Of a stretch of DNA of 64,000 nt, positions 12,682 through 26,608 are shown piece after piece. The stretch is taken from the NCBI RefSeq assembly GCF_006345805.1, contig NC_042997.1, positions 184,822,001-184,886,000 of the forward strand, in the 5' to 3' direction. The position numbers and the translations under genes were made by a program. This DNA is from Octopus sinensis (lineage: Eukaryota). The notes under the pieces are model-generated. The model saw only the letters and a list, made by a program, of their open reading frames with translations. It was not told where the DNA came from and did not search any database. Numbering within the stretch: position 1 is the first letter of the stretch; every line of letters starts with the position of its first letter.

Positions 12682-12980
12682 TATGTATGTATATCCCCTC
12701 GGAAGCACTGTCCTTTGTTTCTTCTCTCATATCGATCTCTCCCACTTATTTACTCCCGCTTCAGTCATTTCCACCTGCTTGCAAAAAGGTCAGACGTCAC
12801 TAAAAGCCCGTTTTTTTTATCTCGTTTTATCTTTTTTTTTTTTTTTGTTTTTTGGGGAATTCTCTATATGTAAAAACACAATTGGGTTCTATGAAAAATA
12901 ATCCTATCCGACTTCTAAAGCAAAGTTATCTACGTTTGTCCACCCTATTTCAGACAAATATCCACTGATGTGTGTGTGTA

Positions 12981-13050
<70 letters not shown>

Positions 13051-13277
13051 TAGATTCATTGCTCACACCTGCATATGTATATATACATACGAACAAACGC
13101 CCTATATATACCAAATACTATGTTATTTGTGTGTGTATATACATGCATACATACAGTCGTAATAACACACACACACACTGACACCAACACGCGCGGGCGC
13201 ATATATTTGTGTGTGTGTATATATATATTATACGTATATATACATATATATGCGTGTATGTACATATATATATACAA

Positions 13278-13333
<56 letters not shown>

Positions 13334-13810
13334 ATACATGTGTGTAGATCGGTGTACGTCAATGTGCGTATGTTGTATATTCCTCTATCTTTGTTCTTAT
13401 TCATGGGGGTGGTGTTAACTCCCTGGGAAACTGAATTGTCGGAGAGATGGCGGCCATAAAATAAAAACAGACGATCGACTGAAAGGACGACAGCCGACAC
13501 ATCACAGTCGAACATTCGAGGCGTATGTCATTTTATACCCACTTTCCTGCTGCTAGACGCATTATATTATTTATTTATTTCTCAACACATTTGCTCTGTT
13601 CTTTTTGTTATAATCTGATAAATATTGACTGACTGCTTTAGTTTCTTTTGTGTGTGTGTGTTCCCTTTAACAGAATAATAGTTTGACACGTTGTGTTTGC
13701 TTTGTAGGAACATTCACCCACTTTTACATGGACAGACACTAACTCAAGCACATGGACACGTACACAAAAGAACCTGAACATCAGCATCAGTGTACATACA
13801 TACATACATA

Positions 13811-14055
13811 TCTATTATATAAAATCCGTTCTGTTTGTCTGTGTGTGTGTGTCTTCTAGGATCTCGGGCATCCTCCATCCGATTGCGCTCAAATTTGATA
13901 TGTAGATACCGACGGTATCTGGGCGTGTATAAGTCTTGAAACAATTACAAAAATCGACTCCATGTGAGAATGTGATCAATAAAGCCGTGGGAACGTGCAT
14001 TTGTACGCGCAAGTACATCAGCACCGTCCATTGGACGGGGGGAGCGTTTTGCTCG
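13811..14055 (+). mobile_element. Non-autonomous Helitron
   Basis: 5' A|TCTATTATATAAAA, (GT) run, subterminal hairpin CCGTCCA-T-TGGACGG, 3' end GCTCG|T (degenerate CTAG). Confidence 0.7.
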
Positions 14056-14111
14056 TCTATATATATACACACACACACACATGCATACACACACACACAC
14101 ATATGTATATA

Positions 14112-14961
14112 CATTTCGCTCATGCGCATAGTCTGTTTTGGATTTTGTCGACAGCAGAGTAGAGTAGGGTCAGTTGGGCTCCGTTTGTGACAAAAACAGC
14201 CCCATGACGCCATTCACTCTGACAGAAAACTGGAAATGACATGCTGTACTGCTTGACATTCGCGCGGGAAGCTCCAATATGAATATTTCAGTGTTTGAGT
14301 GTCAATCTGAGGACAGTGCAATCTGAGGACATGTATCGAGTGTGATAAAAGTCAAACACCCAGTCAGCATCATGGTGTTTGGGGTGATCACTAGTGATGG
14401 CGGTGTTATGATTCCATTCATCTTCTCACACGGCCTCAGACTCAATACGGAGGCCTACAATAAGTGCCTGGAGGAGGTAGTGCTGCCCTGGGTGAAGAGG
14501 ATGGCTGCTCAAAGTCCCTATGTCTGACAACAGGAATCTGCACCATGCCTCACAAGCAGGAGAAGCGAGTTATGGCTGTCAGACAATTTCTGCAGCCACA
14601 TCAACCTCTAAAATCTAGCCACCTAACTCCCCAGATTGTAACACCCTTCATAATCATTTGTGGAGCACAGTTGAGCGAGAGACCAACTAAACTCCTTGCA
14701 ACTCCAAAGATGAACTGAAGGCAAGCATTAAGGCAGCATTCATCAACTTAAACAAGAAGACCGCCCAGAAGAGTTACAGAAGTTTCCGAAGTCGTATGGA
14801 GGCTCAAGTTGAAGCCAATGGTGACTTTATTGAATACGTTTACTCTTTAGTATTTAAAAAAAATCTTCAGGTAATGTTGGTAAATATATCTGTTAAAATG
14901 AGATGTCAGTATTATTTTCCTTTTTGTATAATTTAGACGATAGTTTATTCATCGCATCCTG
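14112..14961 (+). mobile_element. Tc1/mariner-superfamily transposon remnant (maT/DD37D-like), internally deleted
   Basis: KHPVSIMVFGVITSDGGVMIPFIF..LNTEAYNKCLEEVVLPWV..PYV*QQESAPCLTS, followed by a degenerate WPPNSPDxNP region. Right end reverse complement reads TA|CAGGATGCGATGAATAAACTATCGTC (TIR-like). Confidence 0.8.
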
Positions 14962-15534
14962 TATATGCATACATACATACATACATACATACATGTGTGT
15001 GTATGCGCGCGCGTGTATACACACATATCTCAGTTTATTTTCTAATCTATCTCTGTTTATCTTTCTGCACACAGACACACAGACACACACACACACACAC
15101 ACACACATACACACACACACACACACTCTCTCTCTCTCTCCCACACACACACATACACAGACACACAGAGTTACAAATGCGGTTGACTTAACTGTGGAGC
15201 ACGTCCTAACCAACTGGAAGATTCGGAGTTCCGTGTTTAACAACGACAAATATTCAAAATTGCACGTGCATGCGAAAACTTAATCTACGTCATAACTTGA
15301 TCAGGTTGTGGACAAACTATCGAGGGAAGACAAGAATATCTTTAAGACAGAGGACAGCACCGCATAGAGAACAAATCTGTTTACCAAAATATAGACAAAT
15401 AACACTATGCGAACACAGAGAAATGTGCGGGTAATCTACAAACGAAGTTCAAAATTTTCCGTCTACACCAATACAGTGGAACATCGTTCGTATGACAACG
15501 GTTAAATAAAGGGACTACATTTATGGAGAAAATA

Positions 15535-15750
15535 TTCTTTTCTACTATAGGCACAAGGCCCGAAATTTGTTTTGGCGCAGGTGTGGGAGGCAGTCGATTA
15601 GATCGACACCAGTACGCAACTGGTAGTTAATTTATCGACTCCGAAAGGCAAAGTCGACCTCAGCGGAATTTGAAACCAGAACGTAAAGCCAGACGAAATA
15701 TCGCTAACCATTTCACCCGGCGTGCTAACGTTTCTGCCAGCTCGCCGCCT
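15535..15750 (-). mobile_element. SINE family B, full length
   Basis: Head GGCGGCGAGCTGGCAGAAACGTTAGCACGCCGGG, central block and tail. Flanked by imperfect ATTTATGGA.AAAATATT direct repeats (TSD-like). Confidence 0.9.
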
Positions 15751-15825
15751 TATTTATGGAAAAAAATATTAACCGCGTGTTAATTTGAATAATTAACACA
15801 TTTTTGGATATGTAAAATATTCTAT

Positions 15826-15952
<127 letters not shown>

Positions 15953-16048
15953 GTGTGTGTATATTTACCAGCAAATTTCCTGTGCATTTCCTTTCTTTTT
16001 ATATCCAGCGTGTGAAATTTTTTCCCTATATATATATATATATTATAT

Positions 16049-16081
<33 letters not shown>

Positions 16082-16082
<1 letters not shown>

Positions 16083-16200
16083 ATATTAATTAGAGACAAA
16101 ACCACTATTTTGCAAATCATATTTTACTATAAATTTGGATTCAATCCTAAATCTGATTTTTCCCTGTAAATTTGGATTATTCCCTAATATTTATTATTAT
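16082..16200. repeat. Short (TA)n-inserted repeat, related to 37331-37420
   Basis: Both begin ATATTAA.TTAGAGA.AAAACCACTATT..GCAAATCA and end TTAT(T)CCCTAATATT. Confidence 0.7.
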
Positions 16201-16984
16201 ATATATGTATATATATATTTCTGGCCTTAAATATTTGTTTAGTGTAGACTAGATAAATTTTGTGTGATATTAGGAATTCTGCATGAGAAAATACCATGCA
16301 ATCGAGATGTATCAAGTCACAACACAAGCTGTTTATAACTTGAAGAACGTAAAGAGGAGATAGCTCTCGTGTTAAACGAGTTATTTAGAGAAAAGCCGGG
16401 GCAATAGAATCTGTTTACTTTTTGTTCATTTCGTAATAATATTCTCGATCTGTAGACCCCAAATATTCGTTCTTATCAAAGCCACTCCTACTCTATTGTC
16501 ACCACCACTACCTCCATAACAGCATTACAACTATTACAATCTCCATTTTTCTAATTACCGAAAGAAAAAGGCAACAACTGGATGCAGTTTATGTCAAGAT
16601 GAGAGTCTAATGTTCTTGTCAAAATATTGCCATCGATTTTGAATAATTCAATTTTTACTTGCTGCTATTTCATTCCCAGGAAGATCTTTGTTATGTACAA
16701 CCTTAAATATGAATGAAATCTAGCAAAGTATTTTGGAAAGTGAGTCTATATTTTGCCAGGATGTTTATAATTCACAGAAATAAATTGCAAAAAATACTTG
16801 CTTTAAGAAAGAAACAAAGTGAAAGTCGTGCATGCTGAAGTCAAAAGAAGGAAAGATTATGAAATTATTTACTGTACAAAATCTATATACTTCATTTTAT
16901 ATTTGTACAATTATATATACACGTATACACGAAATTCAAAGTATAAGTCCACACAGACACACACACACACACACACACACACAC

Positions 16985-17033
<49 letters not shown>

Positions 17034-17038
<5 letters not shown>

Positions 17039-17247
17039 ATCCAAACATGAAAACACAAAGAGAAAACACAACAACTCGAGGACGTGGAACAAGTATAGTG
17101 TTATTGGACGCTCAGGAAAGGAAAGGAAGGAGGAGGATTTAACGTTTCGAGCGGAGCTCTTCGTCAGAAACATAGAAAAAGGAAAGGTCCAAGGAAGGGA
17201 AGACGGAGAAAGAAAATCGCCAACGATACACACGCGGTCACATATTG
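17034..17247 (-). mobile_element. Short Penelope-pLTR-like element adjoining (TA)n and carrying a hammerhead motif
   Basis: Contains the hammerhead core listed next. A related copy lies at 56130-56296. Confidence 0.65.
17136..17171 (-). ncRNA. Minimal type I hammerhead ribozyme motif
   Basis: Minus strand GUUU-CUGACGA-A-GAGC UCC GCUC-GAAA-CGUU-AAAU: intact core boxes, 4-bp helix II, palindromic AACGUU helix III, short helix I. Confidence 0.7.
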
Positions 17248-19966
17248 AATGTATATGATTAAAAATTACAAATGTGTTTGTCTAGGGCCCAAAAAATAGT
17301 TAACTATTATATGCTTCTGTACGGAGCAAAAATACTAGGTTGATTATTTATGCAGGTTTAACTTTCTATATGTCATTGGGAAGCAGGGGAGATAATGGAT
17401 AAAAGATATAAATTGTGCCATTGAATATGTTTATATAAATCAGAAATGAGTCTCGCAAACTTTTACTAAATTTAACTTTTATCAAGTCCAATATAGCTTC
17501 GTTTAAACTTACCATTTTTTGTGGTATTTATATTACGTTTCACAAATAATAATTAAAATATCTGTTTGAAATTTTGGAAAATTTGATTTTGACATATTCA
17601 GATGAGGAAGGGTTAAATATAATTTAGATACTCAACTGAATATTGAAAGAATTGTTAATCTTTATAGCTTAGCAAAGTTTTTAGAGCAGAAAACTCATAA
17701 TAATTACCCTTTAGAGTGGTGATGTTATTGTCACAATTGCTGCCAAAATGGTGTCAGAGTTAATATAATCATATGCAGCATAATCGATAGTAAAGTGAGC
17801 TGGAACAGAAAGTGATTAAACCTCATTAGACATGCCAATCTGGTATAATCAACCAGACAACAATTTCCTGTATTCAGTTATAGAATAAAGTCTTAATTTA
17901 AAATATTGCTGATCAGTGATTTTTGTTCATATAAAAGTAAATCCAACATAATTTTAAAATCAACATTCATGTAATAAAATATCCGATAATGAAGACATCT
18001 TAATTATTTTCAATCTTGGAATCCATAAATATTTTGATGTTAGTTTTACTCTTAAGCGTCTCGCTTTCTAATATCTTACCAATTTATTTTAACGCGTATA
18101 TCATGTTTTTCATGGTGCTTTACGTAGGTACGTAATCATTTCAAACTGCAACAGGCACACTGCTTTTCATGCAATGGAATGAGAAAGTTGCTTCAGAAGG
18201 CACTTAAAATTTGTCATTGTATATTAATTCAAAGTAAATGCATGTTCGATGTTTAACGATGAAAAATTTCAAATTTGTCCGATTTTCCCTATAATTTGAA
18301 CGAGAATCAGAAATAAAATGGAGTAATTAATAGTAAGCACAGATTTAAAACGAAAATTATAACCTCTCAACTTCTATTTCTCGGAATTCAACTCTCTTTC
18401 AAAGACATGCAACAATACTAAATCTATAATTATTGCTATGAAGTGATTTGTGATGGAAACCATTATTAACAGAGCAAAATCATTATCTTCTGGTCATCGA
18501 TAAAGTAATTATTCTCGTTCTCTCCACGTCCAAAGAATAGCGTTTTTAGCTTTGCATAAACTTTACTACGCTCTACCGCCTCAAGCAAGTAATGTAATAG
18601 CAATTTAAAACTTTCGGTTCTGATCTAATTTAGACGTTGAATATAAAAGTAGCAAACATGCCAATACCCGTATTCGTATTTACATACCTTAATTACAACA
18701 TTTCTACTCTTACACTTTTAACTGCACTATCAAACGTACTCTAATCCTTCGGCATGAAATTACTTCTGCCTGATTGAGTAACTGCCGAAAAGGTGTCTCC
18801 TCACATGATTACTCTTTCCAAACTATTTAATCTGAAGTCTTTTGGGAAACCGCACGCCTCCGGGCACTTAATGACGTCATGGGATTTGATGAAAATTATT
18901 CAATTGTATTCACAACAAATATAATGAGATACAGTAGAGTCACCAAGTTATTTTTAGTTGTTGAGCTACAATAACAGAGCGTATCAAGAACACAGAATCA
19001 ATTGAGTACATTACAACAGAGGCTAATTCATGGCGTTCTTCCTTTCTTAATTAGTTTTGCTTATACAATGATCAAACAGCATTTTCATCTTCTTTCCTTC
19101 CACACTTCTACCTAACGATTTACGCTTCTTAAAGATATTTGAATCAGCATGAATTCAATCTAATTGAGAGAATAGAAACTTTAGTTCTCTTTGCATTAGC
19201 TGGCAACATCGAGAGTAATTGTTTAAATCTTCTCATTTGTCATTTGGTTCACATATAGGAATTCTGGCTTTTATCTGAGGAAGAAAATGCCTTAATTACT
19301 GACCCAATATAACTGACTGCGAGACTTGTCACTTTAAATTTATGACTCGTGGAGTAGAAGTCAAATCGTGAGTGGCGCATACAATATCAAATGTATTTAA
19401 TTCAGCGGCGTAATTTCTTAACAATGTACGCGTATGTAAATTATATTGGATGCCAATGTCTTGACTGAACTAGCTGCTTATAAGATGATACGCTGTCGAT
19501 ACATTCTGCTACATCGTAAAGAAATCGTTGAAGCACGTTTTCACCATCACGATTCTTTCATGACAAAATAGATGAATTCTCAACTATTATTCTTATCAAG
19601 AATTTGCATTCGTGCTGTATCGTTCCATAATGACGATTAACTTTCCAGAATGGAAGAAGCAAAAAGATAATTTGCCGTCAAAAAAGCTTATTTTTGTTCT
19701 TTAATTCTTTAGTTTGTCATAAAAATCGCTCCAGGGCCATCTAGGCGCACTGCCTTTGTATGTTTGAGTTTTAATCATTTATTTGTTTTCTTATGCAGGC
19801 GACTATATAATTGATTCAGAACAAGAAATACTGCTAGTTTCAGTTTCACGCAAGAAGATTGAAAACCTTATAAGAAAACAACCTCATTCTGTTTCCTCAT
19901 TTTGTCTCCAACATTCATGTCAGTGTATAGAGTGAGTACACAGGCCAAACAAAGAAGCATCTACAT

Positions 19967-20313
19967 CAGTTGTTCTTAACAAGGGTCCATATCGCCCCTG
20001 AGGGCACATATAAAATTTTAGGGGGTCCACGCAATAAATTAATAAATTGGGCATCCGCAATAGTATTTTAAGGGTCCCTGAAAAATTTTTGCTTTAGATG
20101 TATGTATTGGCATGTATAGCAAGAAACAACCAGTCTTTTCCTCAAAAATTTTACATTGTTAAACCTTCACAAATTAATGTGTGAAAAAAGAAATATAATT
20201 TTAAAAGAAGTTTTTATAAAACTAGCTTTTGACATCGAATAGCTATGAGGTCTCCCAGAATAAAAGAGTAACCAAAGGAGCCATAAAGAAAAAAAAATGG
20301 TTGAGAATCCCTG
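19967..20313. mobile_element. hAT-type (Charlie-like) MITE
   Basis: TIR-like ends CAGTTGTTCTTAAC...GTTGAGAATCCCTG. Imperfect 8-bp TSD ATCTACAT/CTCGACAT. Internal GGGTCC subterminal motifs. Confidence 0.75.
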
Positions 20314-21505
20314 CTCGACATAGTTGTTAGGTCTGCTAGACATAGCAATAAAGTCTTGGATCGGGTAAGTGAGCTGAAACTAAAAAGTTAATATGAATGG
20401 TGTATGAAATAAGAATCGTTCATTAGTATCGTATTCAGATCCCATCAAAAGGACTTACAATGTTTGATCGCCATATAAACAATTACATTTCAATGTTATA
20501 GCATTGTTTTCACATGGAATGAAGGGTAGACTATTTAAAAAAAAGATCAAGCTGTAATAAAGGATAATGAACTACATAAGCACAAAACCACAGAATTAAG
20601 CAGAATGGTGTAATTTATAAATCGATACCAGTACTCAACTTGTACTAATCTTTTTGTCTCATGGGTGATAAAAGTCTGGTAGCGCCATTATTTTGAAATA
20701 TATATTAGGGACTAGACGCAGTATTAATACAGAGAGGTATTATTTATTCTCGCTTAAACATGGATGTTCAATTAAAACAAACTTTACTGCAATATTTAAC
20801 ATGGCAAAAAACACGCTTGTTTGTATATTTCACCAGCGGGGAGATAACTTCCTACCAACTAGCATGCTTTCGCCACCAAAGGCCTATATAAGAGTTTCTA
20901 TGGTAAATACCGCACTAAAGTTTATTATAACAGAACATTCACGTGTAAGTTGGAATAAATATTACCTCTCGTTATCAATTATGCCTGTGTCACTAATATA
21001 TATTTTGTAACATGCTAACTGGTTAATCGCGATACCAGTGCCTATTCTGGTACTGATTCTCTATATATCGCTAGCGGTGCCATGAGTCATTGCCATCTTT
21101 AGTGGTCGAGCATCAATCATCAATGAGATCAAAGGACGTTGAAATCACGTGAACCGGCGGTCTCGCTGCCGGAGTTGGTGGGGTGTTTTCTCCCCGTTGG
21201 CGATTTAAAAACAAGCAAGTGTGCGTTCTGCATCAAAACCCTATATGAGAGTTTCGATAATGGGAAATACTGGACTAAGATTTCTTGTAACAGAATATCC
21301 ACGCTAAAGTGGGAATATCCACGTTAAAGTGGGAAGAAATATAGTTTTGAAATAGCTTCGTCTTGAATTAGAGAAAGAAATAGAGCTATGGCATAGAAAT
21401 TAATATTATGCACTTTTGGTTGTAAAAAGTATTCTTACGATATTTAGTTCTTTTTGTAAACAATTGTTTCATAATTTAATTAATTACTTATAAAATAATA
21501 ATAAA

Positions 21506-21700
21506 CTTCTCTATTATAGGAACAAGGCCTGAAAATTTGGGGAGGAGGTGGTTAATTACATCGACCCCAGTACTTATTTTATCGACCCTGAAAGGATGAA
21601 AGACAAAGTCTATTTCGGCGGAATTTGAACTAAAAAACACCAAGACGGACAATATGACGCCAAGCATTTTGTCCGGCGTGCTAACGATTCTGTCCGCTCC
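21506..21700 (-). mobile_element. SINE family B
   Basis: TTTATCGACCC.GAAAGGATGAAAG.CAAAGTC..GGAATTTGAACT..CCGGCGTGCTAACG. Confidence 0.85.
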
Positions 21701-23760
21701 TCGGTTTAGCAAGTAGACTAATAAGAAAGCATAAAATACATGATGAACTTTTTCCCTTTGTTAATATGATTATTTAATTATGTAGCTCTGTGTACTAGGT
21801 TTAAAGAGCTACTTAAAAAAAAAAAAACTTCAGGCATATTTATAATAGAACTAAAAACAATCTCTTCATATTAGGCGGAGTATTACATTTTGCCCTGTCG
21901 AGTATCATTCAACATCTGTTCGTCACATGAACGGGGGATAGAATATATGTATATTCCTTAAATCATCGCCCTGAAATATTTAGATTTAAGCCTGTCAAAA
22001 CCAAACACGTGATTTCTCAGAAGCTTTGTTATGACATTACTGTAATACTCTTCATAGCCAACAATAACCCCTAACAATACACAAAACATATAATTCTATT
22101 GTGTAAACAAAACAACCTAGAAACCAATTAGTCCTTATTATATTTTCCTTCTAATATTATCATAAAGCAAGCAAACATACATAAAACGGTTGATGTATCT
22201 CTGTTTTGGGCCTATGGGACTATAAATAGCTTATGGTCTCCATTTCTGCGAAATATTTCGTTGATAGCATCTGTGATGACTTGAAACATAGGATTTCAAG
22301 TTTGATAATAAGATATAACTAATCTTGTTATAGCGTTAACAGTAGTTAGAGTAATAGAGAATAACGATGAAGTTTACCTATCTATTTAATGACGTCCACT
22401 CGGTCGATTGGAGGTTCAGCTTCTGCGAGGAGACAGTTATTTTGTTAGTTTTGTTAATTGTTGATATATAATATAACGAAACACATGGTTGTATATTATC
22501 CAGTGAATATCAAAAGATGCTAAACATAATCAATGATGTTCACTAAATACAGCATCATGTCTAATTTAATCTGGCGGAATATAAAAGAATATAATTAAAA
22601 GCAAGTTGCCGTAATTACGACTTAATTCAACATATTGGCTACCAGATGACCACATAATTTACTAATTATGAAAGAGATTCACTGACAATTTTGTCATCAG
22701 TTATTTTCCTTTGAATATTAATGAAAAAAATTGATAAAATGCTGTATAAGGATTATATTTACAGATAACTAAAAAAACAAACAAACAAGGAGTTTATTTG
22801 CCATCATTCTACTGTATTGGATGGCATATAATTACTGACTGGTTTGTTATGTAACTCTGAGTTGCAGCATTCAAGTAATTGGTGTCCTGCTGCACTAATT
22901 AGTAAATATACAATTTTTTTGTATTATGCGTAGCATGCATATTAGTGCAGATGTGTACAATAGTTTCTGATACTCTCAAATTACTATTACATAGTGAAGG
23001 CTTCGAGACGGCCGAAATCCTAAGGATAACAAATGGTTAAATAAATATATTCACCTCTCGTGCCTCTTCACTTTTTATGGTTTATGTACTCCACATAAAA
23101 TAATTTCATCGAACGCATCTCCTGGATTTCAACTGCATAAATCTCTGTATTACTATGTGATTTACTCAACGGGTCAGCCTTCTATGAACTTAATGTGGAA
23201 CTGAACCACCGTAAATTAAAATATATTAGAAGAAATAAACTTGAAAGTGAGCTTCTAATGCAATAAATAAAGAAGCCTTCCAAAGCAATAACATAAACTT
23301 TGATGTAATTAGATAGAATCCTGACTTCGGCCAGCAACTGATGTGAAGCCGAGGTCAAATACATGAGTGTACAAACAGATCAGATTTCAGATTTAAAACA
23401 ACCTCGCTTCCCCTTGAATCTTAACCAATACACAACTAACTGAATTCAGTTCGCTTCGAGCCTAGATGGTCGAAAGACACAGAAGAAAATATTATACTCG
23501 GTGGTATATGCTACTAACTATACTCCGTGCCGTGGAAATGCGTGTCAGTCGTCGTGATCATAAAAATGCACTGTATAATAAAAGGTAATATAAATGTACT
23601 GTAAAATTAAAGGAAATAAATTTTGAGAATGTACCAGTCTCCATATTCTCTATCGTTAGAATTATTGCTAAGTCACTGGGACGTAAACAAACCTACATCG
23701 AATGACTAGCAATCGTGGTGGTGATGGTAGTGGTGGTGGTGGTGGGGCAAACACAGACAA

Positions 23761-24120
23761 GAGTGGCTGTGTGGTAAGTAGCTTGCTTACCAACCACATG
23801 GTTCCGGGTTCATTCCCACTGCGTGGCACCTTGGGAGAGTGTCTTCTATTATAGCCTCGGGCCGACCAAAGCCTTGTGAGTGGATTTGGTAGACAGAAAC
23901 TGAAAGAAACCTGTCGTATATATGTATATATGTATGTGTATGTATATGTTTGTCCCTCCCACATCACTTGACAACCGATGGCGGTGTGTTTACGTCCCCG
24001 TAACTTAGCAGTTCGGCAAATGGGACCGATAGAATAAATACTAGGCTTACAAAGATTTGCTCGACTAAAGGCGGTGCTCCAGCATGGCCGCAGTCAAATG
24101 ACTGAAACAAGTAAAAGAGA
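23761..24120 (+). mobile_element. SINE family A, near full length (preceded by an inverted piece of its own 3' half at 23668-23760)
   Basis: All family A blocks are present, followed by a (TACA)n tract. Confidence 0.92.
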
Positions 24121-24236
24121 GTATATATATATAATATATATATATATAATACATACATACATACATACATACATACATACATACATACATACATACATAC
24201 ATACATACATGCATACATACATATATATATATATAA

Positions 24237-24269
<33 letters not shown>

Positions 24270-24270
<1 letters not shown>

Positions 24271-24520
24271 TTAAATAATGAGGGAGATAAATTAATATTA
24301 ATTTTAATATCAATTTAAAACCAGTAGTCTAGCATACAAAAAATCTGAGAAATCAGAGAAAATTCTAATATATGTGTATCTTGGCAGGGCAAGACTGCTA
24401 GGTAGTCGGCCGTATGCTAGAAATAGATCATAAACGATCAAACTACAATGAAAGTTCTCTAGAGGAAAAATTCAGCGAACACCAGGTTCGAGATGTCTGT
24501 GCATATGATATATTTGTGAT
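24270..24520. repeat. (TA)n-flanked repeat related to the 55.3-kb element terminus
   Basis: TAATGAGGGAGATAAATTAAT..TATCAATT..CCAGTAGTCT..GCAT..TAGAAATAG parallels 55350-55515. Confidence 0.55.
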
Positions 24521-25673
24521 TGTATATATGTATGTGTGTATATATATATATATATATAAAACCGATCCTGAAGTCAACAAGTGATATTTAATTGGTGGCT
24601 AGCGGAAGGATTGTCTTTAGTGCAGCAACAGCTGTGGAAGTGAATTATCTAGCTGTCGTGTGATCTAACTTAGCAGAAATATTTTATATTTCCTGAAAAC
24701 CCAGAACTGATCAACATTTGGATACATTGTTCGGTGGCCTAAAGTTCTCCAATCGATCTCCTTGCACTGATATTTTTTTTTTGTTATATGCTAAACGGAA
24801 ATCCAATATAATTCCCCGCCGCCCCCGAGATTTAACCTAAAGAGTAAAAAGTATCCGAACATATACCGAAAATTAATCTATCCTGCTCGCTGTCTGTTCA
24901 ATACACAGACACATCCACACATGTATTCATATACATACATGCATGCGTACGTACACATACACACACATACATACACGTACGTGTATATATTTTATGCATG
25001 TGTTTGTCTGTCCATTGATGTGTATAGTAAATTGAATGAAAGACGGACAGAAATGAATGATCTTACACCGAATAAGAAAGGTGTCACTGAAGAGTATCTT
25101 CACAACAAAAAATTTAGAGCCTATGAATAAAAAAGGAAGAAAACGTTAAAAGGAAGGAAAAGGAAAACGTCCATTGGATGAAAAAAATGAGTCAGCATAA
25201 GTGTTACAGTTTTTAACAAGAGGTACCGCATGTGTTTTTTCTCTCATGTATGGAGAATAGATGGATTTTACAGATATTTAAGGGCTGAATTGTGAGTGGA
25301 AGTTAAGTATGCTTGATTATTTCATAAAGTATTACCATTGAATATTTATTGATCACAACAGACAGCGAAGAGCTTGGACTGCTGTCATGTCTTCTGCTGT
25401 GAACTCGACTTAATAATGAAAGAAAAAAAAGTTCATATGACATGAATTATACGTAAATACATATACATATATAAATACTATCTCTATCTCTCCCTATATA
25501 TATATAACGGGTTGAGTATTTAAAAATGCACAAGCCATACCTACTCAATACTATATTAAGTAGATTAAGTATTTACATGCATCAAATAACATTTTGTTTC
25601 TAGAGGTAAATCTGTCAAATATGGATGTATTCACATTCGAGATGTCTGTGAATATGATATATATGTACGTGTA

Positions 25674-25753
<80 letters not shown>

Positions 25754-26216
25754 ACATATATATACACACACACACATATATATATGCATGCATACACACA
25801 GACATATAAATATATATGTACATATATACATACATATATATATATATGTGTGTGTGTGTTTATATATGTGTGTGTATCTATATATACACTTATAAATATA
25901 TAAAGGTTATATGCATATATGAATGAATATTTGTATGTATGTACTTCTTTCTGAAATGAGTGTTGTTGAAGTTACAATGAAGTTATTGATATATAAAATA
26001 TAACGACCGAAAGAGGATTCAAAAAGCGAATTACTTTTATAAATTTTCAAATTACAAAAACTGAATGTTTTAATATGCGAACATTATCGACCCTTTTACA
26101 TCAGTGATATTGCTGCGCTTCGCAAGACAAACGTAGCCAGTAACAGATTTTTAGACATGCAATCTCTGAAGAAGGCGGAATTGGTAGTTGTTTCTTTGTA
26201 TAGTTTGTAACAGACA

Positions 26217-26608
26217 TCTCTCTCTATATAAAGCTGAAATTGTCTGTGTATAGCAGGTTTGTTGCCTTCAACTAACACTATCTCCTCCGAGACCCTGCAG
26301 CGCAAGTTGATCAAAATTGAGAGTATGATAGAAGAAGGCTTGCTTTTCCATCCGTAGAAGAAAAAATTCAAATCAGATCATGTTAACATCAAAAATTATT
26401 TGCATAAAAAAAGGTGCTTTTTTTCTACGAAAATCCCTATTTTGTACGATTTTTTGACTGTTGTGTCGCCATTTTTCGGTGTATTTCAACCAGAAAAATG
26501 TCCACTTAAAGAGAATTGCAAGATACATAATGCAAAAGTTTTACTTTTCAAAAATTCCAATTCTAAAGGGTCGAAACAAACCCGAGCAACGCCGAGCGAT
26601 ACTGCTAG
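26217..26608 (+). mobile_element. Non-autonomous Helitron
   Basis: A|TC 5' end with TATATAAAG, 3' CCCGAGCAACGCCGAGCGATACTGCTAG|T (subterminal hairpin plus CTAG). Inserted between A and T without a TSD. Confidence 0.85.

Noticed and set aside
17300-19700. Microsatellite-free AT-rich tract, possibly an old minus-strand CR1/L2-like LINE
   Set aside because: Only vague motif traces, not supportable by eye
22990-23020. TGAAGGC..GCCGAAA hammerhead-like stem
   Set aside because: Lacks the CUGANGA box and the NUH/helix I pairing
23322-23357. 10-bp hairpin TGACTTCGGC/GCCGAGGTCA
   Set aside because: Isolated short stem with no supporting context
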